A stretch of DNA of 64,000 nt from Candidatus Latescibacterota bacterium (GTDB taxonomy: Bacteria > Latescibacterota > UBA2968 > GCA-2709665), in the NCBI GenBank assembly GCA_965208835.1, contig OZ242358.1, positions 2,752,001 through 2,816,000 on the forward strand, written 5' to 3'. The position numbers and the translations under genes are program-made. Below, piece by piece: positions 57,228-64,000 of the stretch (positions within the stretch are counted from its first letter, which is position 1; every line of letters begins with the position of its first letter). The notes beneath the pieces are model-generated. The model saw nothing but the letters and a program-made list of their open reading frames with translations. It was not told the origin of the DNA and searched no databases.

Positions 57228-58310
57228 ATGAAAAAACTCAAAGCCGGGGTTCTGGGCGCGACCGGCATGGTCGGTCAGCGCTTCGTTTCACTCCTGGAAG
57301 ACCATCCCTGGTTCGAGGTCGCGGTGGTGGCGGCCAGCCCCCGGTCTGCGGGGAAGCCGTACCGCGACGCGGTCGCGGGCCGCTGGACCGTTGCCTCGGA
57401 TGTTCCGGCGGACATTGCCGAACTGACGGTCAGAAACGTGAACGAAGTCGAATCGATTGCCGGCGAGGTCGATTTTGTCTGTTCGGCGCTGGATATGGAA
57501 AAAGAGGACATCCGTGACCTTGAAGACGCCTATGCCCTGCGGGAAACGCCGGTGGCGTCCAACAACTCCGCCCATCGGTGGACGCCCGACGTGCCGATGC
57601 TCATGCCCGAGATCAACGCGGGTCACGTGGCCATCATCGAGGCGCAGCGCAGGCGCCTGGGCACCCGCTCCGGTTTCGTCGCCGTCAAGCCCAACTGCTC
57701 GATACAGCCTTACGTCCCCGCATTCGAGGCGCTGGCTGATTTCGGACCACAGAGCGCATCCGTATGCACCTACCAGGCCATTTCCGGCGCCGGCAAGACC
57801 TTTCAGTCGTGGCCGGAAATGGAGGACAACATTATCCCGTTCATCGGAGGCGAAGAGGAAAAGAGCGCGATGGAACCGTTGAAGATCTGGGGCGAGATTC
57901 ACAACGGTGAAATCCGAAACGCCAGCGGACCGGCGATTTCAGCGCAGTGTATACGGGTGCCCGTCAGCGACGGACACATGGCCGCCACGTCGGTGTCGTT
58001 TGAACGGAAGCCTTCCCGGGAACAGGTCATCGATTCCTGGCGAAACTTCCAGGGGGATCCGAAGGCGGCAAGCCTGCCTTCTTCGCCCAAACCGTTCCTG
58101 ACGTATTTCGACGAAGAAGACCGGCCGCAGACCCGGTTGGACCGGGACGCGGGGAACGGCATGGGCGTAACGCTTGGCAGGCTGCGCGACGACAATCTGT
58201 TCGACTACAGATTCATCGCTCTGAGCCACAACACCGTTCGAGGGGCTGCGGGCGGCGCCATTCTCATGGCCGAACTGCTTGCGGCCGAAGGATATCTGCA
58301 GGCCAAATAG
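57228..58310 (+). CDS. asd: Aspartate-semialdehyde dehydrogenase (archaeal/fungal-like clade)
   Basis: GVLGATGMVGQRF..HPWF, PEIN, KPNCS (catalytic Cys), YQAISGAG, RVPVSDGH, SHNTVRGAAGG. Confidence 0.95.
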   Translation: MKKLKAGVLGATGMVGQRFVSLLEDHPWFEVAVVAASPRSAGKPYRDAVAGRWTVASDVPADIAELTVRNVNEVESIAGEVDFVCSALDMEKEDIRDLEDAYALRETPVASNNSAHRWTPDVPMLMPEINAGHVAIIEAQRRRLGTRSGFVAVKPNCSIQPYVPAFEALADFGPQSASVCTYQAISGAGKTFQSWPEMEDNIIPFIGGEEEKSAMEPLKIWGEIHNGEIRNASGPAISAQCIRVPVSDGHMAATSVSFERKPSREQVIDSWRNFQGDPKAASLPSSPKPFLTYFDEEDRPQTRLDRDAGNGMGVTLGRLRDDNLFDYRFIALSHNTVRGAAGGAILMAELLAAEGYLQAK

Positions 58311-58350
58311 CCCAATCCCAACGCCTTGTCGGCGGTTCGCCGACAGACTT

Positions 58351-60852
58351 CTAGTGTGGAACTCCGTGCCGGTGCAACCGGCGGTGGATGGCCTCTCTCG
58401 CCTCCAGAAACGGCCGCTCCAGGTACGCCATATGGTCCTCTTCCCCGTGGTGGTGGGTGACCTCTCCCGCCCTGTGCTGCCGGCTGTTGTGTTCCATGTA
58501 CGAAATACAGCCGTCCACCAGCGTCAACATATATGACGCGGTTTCGGAGTCGAACATCCACCACTCGCCGCCGCAGGCGATGTAAACCGGGGAGGTATGC
58601 GCCATTATCCCGCGCCCCCAGCCGTCCAGGTGCGGGACCGCCTGGAAATAACCCGGCCCCCCGCAGCGCGCTGCCAGCCACGCGTGCGCGCCCACCTCGA
58701 TATTCGCCTTCAGACGCAGCTTTCGCGCGCCACCGGATTCCTCGGTTGAAGCGACGACCCGCCCGTTCTGTACGATCTGCAGCGTATGGATGGGCAGCAC
58801 GCTTTCGGCCTCCGCTACGGCTTCGACCGTACCTCCGTTACCCGGCAGTCTGACGGTGTCGCCGATTTCGCGGCCGTCCACCGTGAACCGGAGGATCGGA
58901 CCCCCGCTGTGAAAGGTGCGTCCGGCGGCCATGTTCCTGCACCAGGCCTCGTAAGTGAACGGCTCATCCTCGGGAATCCTCACATACGTCCGGTAAATGC
59001 CCACCGGCACGTCGCTGCTCATCTTGTCGGTACCGCCTACGAGCGGCAGCCTGTATCCGCAGTTGAGATACCGATAGTACTCGTGGTGATTGTACATCGT
59101 ATGTCTGAGCATCTCTACCGCGTCGGCCCGCCCCGTTGCGATGAGTGCGGCGGGCTCGCCGTTGGGATTGGGCAGGTGCGGAATCACCACGGTCCCGCCC
59201 TGTGCGTGACATCGGTCCGCCCAGTCCGACATCGTCACCTCGAGCGTTCCGCCCATCTCCGCTTCTCCAGGGCCGTCGGAACACCAGGGCATAACCGTCT
59301 CTTTCAGACCGAGCAGAATCAGATGCCCCAGAAAGTGCTGCCGGTTTTCGGATCCGACGTAGACGATGCTGCTCCCGTCCGGCGACACGCTCGCCCTGCC
59401 GGTAAACTCCTCGGTATTGGTGAAGAGGTTGCCCCACTGCGAGGGCAGCAGGTTGACAACATTGAGATCCTCTCCCTGGGCCTCGGTATGGCTTCCCTGC
59501 GTGGAGAGAAAATGGACATGCGAGTCCCCACTGAACCACCGCTCGTCATTCATGCGGCACCAGCGTTTCAGCCGCAGTTCCAGTTCCCGTTGCCCGGGCC
59601 TGATCTCCACCCCGGCGCGGAGCGGTTCGTACTCGAATCCCCGCGCAACGTCTACGATGACCTTGCCTCTGGGTAACCATCCCTGACACGTGCCATTCGT
59701 GTACGCATATGTAATCTGACCCAGCCGGACGTCGCCGCCGACGTCGATATGCCACGTGTCCAGGTTGGAGTTCACATGCGGATGGTGCCCGTGCGGCGCG
59801 TAGGGTATCCCCTCGGGCGACCTGAAGTGTACCCTGCACGGTACGGGCTGTCCCGTCTCGTCGTCCACCACGCGCGTGTGGACCCAGTTACGGCCGCGGC
59901 TGACGACTTCGATCTTCATCGCCGGAGTCTCGATTCTGCCCCGTTTCTCCAGCTCTCCCCATTGCACGGCGCCGAGGGTTTCGGAGCCGTGCGTCACCGT
60001 AACCGTTGCCGAAGGTATCGCGGCCACCTCGACATAGGCCGGGCTGCTGGACGGATTTTGCGGTTCCCCCCAGCCCTTCCTGCTGTCCTTCAGAAAATCA
60101 TCCGACGACCGCGCCGGCAGCGGAAAGGGGTACGTGGCAATGCCTCGATCCACCTTCACGTCCAGGTCGAACGGTTTTTCAGCGTCCTCCCGCCCCGGCA
60201 GCGTAATCAACACTTCACGCGGCGCCTCCCGCGAGAACGGATGCTCGTCGGCGTGGCCCAGCGTAATACCACCGATGACAAACCGGGGACCCGCGGGGAT
60301 TACCTCGATCCGCTCAACCGCGCGGTCCGGGTGAGGGTTCTCCCAGACCCAGAGCGTAAAGTCCCGCGATCGCCCCTGGAACGCCTCGGTCTGCCGGCGT
60401 CCGGCGTCACCCCACCGTCCTTCGTGACGCGGAAGCATTCCGTCGGTCCGGTCCTGGACCGCCAGGAACGGAAGCCCTGCCGTCGCCGGAACGGTGCCGA
60501 TCTCGAACCGGTCCCTGACAGCCGCCGAAACCACGGCGCCGTCATCCAGATGAAAGCGATACTCCGCCACACGCTCGCCGACCGGTCCGTTGACCGGAAT
60601 CCCCGAGTCGAGCAGCCGGTGCGCCACGATCACCCGCAGCGCCTTCGTTTCAACCGGGATGAAAACAGGCTGATCCTCAATTCCCTCGCCGAAACCCAGC
60701 AGGCATGGCGCTGCTGTCGTGTCGGCGCTACCAATCAGAAACGGGAGCCCCTGGCAGTACCGGACACCCGAAGAGACACTCGATCCCTCGCCCAGACACT
60801 CCGGTCCCACGTTGCACATATCGGACAGATTCAGCGGTTCGTACGCATCCAT
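58351..60852 (-). CDS. CehA/McbA-like PHP-fold metallohydrolase, paralog 2
   Basis: VARGFEY, FSGDSHVHFLS, ENRQHFLGH, YYRYLNCG, GGTDKM, AHTSPVY; same architecture as 53256-55778. Confidence 0.75.
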   Translation of the reverse strand: MDAYEPLNLSDMCNVGPECLGEGSSVSSGVRYCQGLPFLIGSADTTAAPCLLGFGEGIEDQPVFIPVETKALRVIVAHRLLDSGIPVNGPVGERVAEYRFHLDDGAVVSAAVRDRFEIGTVPATAGLPFLAVQDRTDGMLPRHEGRWGDAGRRQTEAFQGRSRDFTLWVWENPHPDRAVERIEVIPAGPRFVIGGITLGHADEHPFSREAPREVLITLPGREDAEKPFDLDVKVDRGIATYPFPLPARSSDDFLKDSRKGWGEPQNPSSSPAYVEVAAIPSATVTVTHGSETLGAVQWGELEKRGRIETPAMKIEVVSRGRNWVHTRVVDDETGQPVPCRVHFRSPEGIPYAPHGHHPHVNSNLDTWHIDVGGDVRLGQITYAYTNGTCQGWLPRGKVIVDVARGFEYEPLRAGVEIRPGQRELELRLKRWCRMNDERWFSGDSHVHFLSTQGSHTEAQGEDLNVVNLLPSQWGNLFTNTEEFTGRASVSPDGSSIVYVGSENRQHFLGHLILLGLKETVMPWCSDGPGEAEMGGTLEVTMSDWADRCHAQGGTVVIPHLPNPNGEPAALIATGRADAVEMLRHTMYNHHEYYRYLNCGYRLPLVGGTDKMSSDVPVGIYRTYVRIPEDEPFTYEAWCRNMAAGRTFHSGGPILRFTVDGREIGDTVRLPGNGGTVEAVAEAESVLPIHTLQIVQNGRVVASTEESGGARKLRLKANIEVGAHAWLAARCGGPGYFQAVPHLDGWGRGIMAHTSPVYIACGGEWWMFDSETASYMLTLVDGCISYMEHNSRQHRAGEVTHHHGEEDHMAYLERPFLEAREAIHRRLHRHGVPH

Positions 60853-60886
60853 GCCGGATTCCCCTTTGCCGATACGTTCCAGGATA

Positions 60887-61852
60887 CTACGTCACCCGGT
60901 TGCGCGGGCGTCCCTCCAGAAATGCAATGACATTCTCCACGGCGCCGCCGTTCAGCAGATCGACCCCTTCCGGGGTCATATCAGCGCAGTGGGGCGTCAA
61001 CACCACCTGTTCGCAGGACAGCAGCGGATGGGACGGCGGAACGGGCTCCTCGTCGTACACGTCGATGGCCGCTCCGCCCAGACGCCCGGATCGGAGCGCC
61101 GTCACGAGCGCGTCCGTGTCGATCACCGGTCCCCTCGCGCCGTTCACCAGGATGGCGCCGTCTTTCATCAGTCCGAACTCCCGGGCGCCGATCATTCCGC
61201 GACTGTCTTCGGTAAGCGCCACGTGCATGCTGACGACGTCGGCCTCGGAGAGCAGTTCGTCCAGGGTTACGAAACGCACGCCCAGCCTCTCAGCCCGTTC
61301 CTGCGACGGATGGTATGTCCACGCAATGACATCCATCCCGATCGCGCGCCCCAGCCTGGCCATTTCGGCCCCGCTATTCCCGGCACCGACGATGCCCAGT
61401 ACTTTGCCCTGAAGGAAGATACCATTCATCCGGGGCCATTCGCCGGCCTGCATACGCTTCGTGAAAAATGCCGCGCGTTTCGCCGCGGCAAACATCAATC
61501 CGAACATATGCTCGGCTACCACCGGCGCCGTTCGTCCCGGCTGATTGCAGATGACAATCCCGTGCTCGCGTGCGGCTTCCAGGTCGAACATATCGGTGCC
61601 TATCGAACAACTCGTAATCATACGCAGATCGGGCAACTGTTCGAATTCTTCCCGTCCCCAGGAAACGACCCCTCGCGTGTTGATAATGACAGCCGCACCC
61701 CGCGCGCGCTCGACTTTCTCTGCGGTCGAGTCCGGCCTCGTGTCGTACAAAACCACCCGCCCGTATGGCGCGAGGCGATCCAGATGTGGAGACCCGGCGA
61801 TCATCACGGGATCGTCTCCCGGGACCACCATCTTTTCATTTCTCTCTTCCAT
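60887..61852 (-). CDS. D-2-hydroxyacid dehydrogenase family (phosphoglycerate dehydrogenase-like)
   Basis: VAEH, GIVGAGNSG, VNGARG, IDVYDEEP, LTPH; GGAGG upstream of ATG 61852. Confidence 0.9.
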   Translation of the reverse strand: MEERNEKMVVPGDDPVMIAGSPHLDRLAPYGRVVLYDTRPDSTAEKVERARGAAVIINTRGVVSWGREEFEQLPDLRMITSCSIGTDMFDLEAAREHGIVICNQPGRTAPVVAEHMFGLMFAAAKRAAFFTKRMQAGEWPRMNGIFLQGKVLGIVGAGNSGAEMARLGRAIGMDVIAWTYHPSQERAERLGVRFVTLDELLSEADVVSMHVALTEDSRGMIGAREFGLMKDGAILVNGARGPVIDTDALVTALRSGRLGGAAIDVYDEEPVPPSHPLLSCEQVVLTPHCADMTPEGVDLLNGGAVENVIAFLEGRPRNRVT

Positions 61853-61927
61853 TTCAAAACCTCCGGTGTTTTCCATTCGGGCGACACGGATGCCGCAAGG
61901 CGCACAGAAACGCGGGCTGAACGTCTG

Positions 61928-63124
61928 TTACGCCATACTGCCCGCCGACGGTCGCCCCGGACCTTCGGAGGCCAAGGTGGCCAGTGCGTGGAGCAACAGG
62001 TCGATCTCATCTTCGAGAAGGAAAAAGGGCACGCTCGCACGCAGACCCTGCCGCGTGGTGTTGAACGCCTTGACGACAATGCTCCAGCGTTTCCTCAGCG
62101 TATCCCTCACGTGGGGAGGCTGCCAGCCGTCCAGATTGAACCCCACGACGGCGGCAGATTGTTCAGGAGACAGAGGTGTAATCAGCCTGACACCCGGAAT
62201 CTCGTTCAACCCTCGCTTCAATCGTGTTGTCAGCACCACGGTGCGTGCCCAGATCTCGTCGAGTCCGATGCACGTAAGGTATTCCACTGCAGCAGCCCAC
62301 GCGTGAACCAGCGGCCACGACCAGGGTCCGAATTCAAATCTCTCCGTACTTTCCTTGAGTTCGAAACGGTCTCTACGGAAGTCCACCCAATCCTGTGCAC
62401 GACCTCCGGCGTAAGTTACCCGGATTCGGTCCCGGCGGTCCTCTCTCGCGAACAACGCTCCTGCCGCATAGGGCGAGTACATCCACTTGTAGGAGAGAAT
62501 TCCCGCAAAATCGCATCCCAGTCGGTTCAGATTCATGGGGTAAAGCCCGGCGGAATGCGCCATGTCGAGGAAGCTGACGACGCCGCGCGCCCTTGCAGCC
62601 GCGCAGATCCGCTCGACGGGAAACCGGTATCCCGAGTCGGATATCACGTGGCTGAACCCGATGAGACGCGTACGGTCCGTGATGCGTCCGACAACCGCCT
62701 CGACCTGTTCGTCAAGGCCGTCCACCAGAGGAGCCTTGTCCACGACAACGCCGTACAGGTCCCGCAAATGAAGACACGGCACCAGCAGCGCCACCTCTTC
62801 CTCTTCCGAGATCAGGATGCGGTCGCCGGCATTCCAGTCCAGGCCGCGAATGACGGTCTGAAACGCTTCGCTCACCCCGCGCATCAGAGCCAGATCGCCG
62901 GGCGAAACGCCGAAGAATGCCGCCAGGCGCTCCCTGCTCCGCTCCCGACGGGGATATTCCTCATCGGGATAGGCAATGTGCATCGGGCCGCGTTCGAGCA
63001 ACTCCCGCATCAACCCGATGTGCGCCTCGGCCACTGGCGCCGGGGTAATGCTTACGCCCCCGTTCTGGAACCAGACGAAATTGCCCAGCGCGGGAAAGTC
63101 GGACCGGATCTTCCCGATATTCAT
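61928..63124 (-). CDS. Aminotransferase class V PLP enzyme (no desulfurase Cys evident)
   Basis: IRSDFP, SHV, DMAHSAG, SYKWM (PLP lysine), RFEFG, LRAS. Confidence 0.82.
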   Translation of the reverse strand: MNIGKIRSDFPALGNFVWFQNGGVSITPAPVAEAHIGLMRELLERGPMHIAYPDEEYPRRERSRERLAAFFGVSPGDLALMRGVSEAFQTVIRGLDWNAGDRILISEEEEVALLVPCLHLRDLYGVVVDKAPLVDGLDEQVEAVVGRITDRTRLIGFSHVISDSGYRFPVERICAAARARGVVSFLDMAHSAGLYPMNLNRLGCDFAGILSYKWMYSPYAAGALFAREDRRDRIRVTYAGGRAQDWVDFRRDRFELKESTERFEFGPWSWPLVHAWAAAVEYLTCIGLDEIWARTVVLTTRLKRGLNEIPGVRLITPLSPEQSAAVVGFNLDGWQPPHVRDTLRKRWSIVVKAFNTTRQGLRASVPFFLLEDEIDLLLHALATLASEGPGRPSAGSMA

Positions 63125-63225
63125 CTCTCGACGCCCCGATTCAGTTCACGAATGTCAATACGCGCGTCCGAGGTCGACCGATTCAACCGCGGTTCGCGGC
63201 CGGCGGCCCGATGCGGGTCGCCGCC

Positions 63226-63999
63226 CTACCGCCAGTGGGCGGGCAGAATAACGTCCTTCAGACCAAGATGACGTGCGATCCAGCGCTCCTCGAAGACGCC
63301 ATCCTTATAGCGCGAGTGTTCCGAGGCGCGGACCTCCGCGGGGCCTGGCATGGCTTCGACCATCGCCCCCAGCACGTGCCGGCTGCTCCACAACAGGGTC
63401 GGGGCCGTGATCCGGGGCACAAAAAACAGGGGGTCGAAATATGAAACCGTGCGCGCGACCAGGTCGCGGCGGTCAGGAAACTGCCTAAGATACTCGTTCA
63501 CTTCCTCCAGCGGATAGCTCTCGGTGCCCGATGCGCGATCCATGGTGCCATAGAAGAAGGACGGAGACGCGACCAGGTGCGTCAGACCACCGCGCAGCGC
63601 GGCGGTCAGGAGCGGCATCTCGTTCTGCCCGATCCCCACGATCCGGCTCCGGTCCGCCTCCGGTCGGGTGAGGACGTAGTCCATGGCCCGGCAACAGTCT
63701 GCCACGATACCCCGCAGGACGTAAGCCTCAGGGTCTTCGATACCGTCCACGAACAGACCGGGGAACGAAGCTGCATAGGGTTTGTCGGCGTTGCGCTGTC
63801 CCCTGGCCGCCATCGAAAATACCAGGAACCGACCCTGCTTCTCTATGGCGTCACCCTGAGGCAGCGGCTCCACCACGCTCTGAAGGCGCGTGAAATACAC
63901 CAGTGTTGGAAATGGGCCGTCCCCGTGGGGGATACTCAGATAGCCGAACAGCCGGTACGGCCCGATGCTCGTGAAACGCACCCCGTAGGTCGTTGAGAA
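63226..63999 (-). CDS. Acetyl xylan esterase/cephalosporin-C deacetylase (CE7) homolog, 5'-partial, nucleophile motif degenerate
   Basis: RGQ, DGIEDPEAYVLRGIVADCCRAMD, YPLEE, VSYFD; frame stays open to the window edge. Confidence 0.75.
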   Translation of the reverse strand, partial: FSTTYGVRFTSIGPYRLFGYLSIPHGDGPFPTLVYFTRLQSVVEPLPQGDAIEKQGRFLVFSMAARGQRNADKPYAASFPGLFVDGIEDPEAYVLRGIVADCCRAMDYVLTRPEADRSRIVGIGQNEMPLLTAALRGGLTHLVASPSFFYGTMDRASGTESYPLEEVNEYLRQFPDRRDLVARTVSYFDPLFFVPRITAPTLLWSSRHVLGAMVEAMPGPAEVRASEHSRYKDGVFEERWIARHLGLKDVILPAHWR

Positions 64000-64000
64000 C

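Noticed and set aside
60719-63271. 850-aa plus-strand ORF crossing several genes
   Set aside because: Codon-aligned antisense to 60887-61852 and 61928-63124, which happen to share a frame; no motifs or RBS
61928-63999. Beta-lactam biosynthesis cluster (CefD-like plus cephalosporin deacetylase-like)
   Set aside because: No ACV synthetase or IPNS in the window, the esterase lacks its nucleophile, and both families are broad
1-64000. CRISPR arrays, tRNA/rRNA, IS elements, prophage or defence genes
   Set aside because: I recognised no spaced direct repeats, cloverleaf motifs, transposase/integrase or nuclease signatures; manual reading could miss very divergent cases

Overview
A 64-kb stretch of a high-GC diderm bacterial chromosome, shown by TamAB, an outer-membrane barrel and lipoproteins. 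A dockerin-like DFxxF repeat and many sulfatase, Gfo/Idh/MocA, TIM-barrel epimerase, PhyH and amidohydrolase genes suggest a Latescibacterota/FCB-like organism (inference only). Housekeeping genes are pap/PPK2, lysC, hprK, map, tamAB, clpB and asd; asd has a clear lysine riboswitch. They are mixed with catabolic enzymes of unknown substrate. I saw no rRNA, tRNA, CRISPR, IS or prophage. The most striking element is a 10-kb metal-uptake island (20980-30998) with two architecturally different Feo systems and three DtxR/MntR-family proteins. System A is a naturally split FeoB with a membrane-anchored DtxR-2xFeoA protein, a soluble DtxR-FeoA and an MntR-type box over its promoter. System B is a canonical FeoA-FeoB with a Cys-cluster DtxR, its own distinct palindromic operator and an unannotated 59-aa membrane protein. 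This suggests a paired Mn/Fe uptake module (inference). Other oddities are a pair of antiporter-like proteins that appear to lack the catalytic Asp, a tandem-duplicated UxaA, two CehA/McbA-like paralogs, a CE7 esterase homolog lacking its catalytic Ser, and an orphan AT-rich triple palindrome. All family calls come from motif recognition by eye, not database searches.
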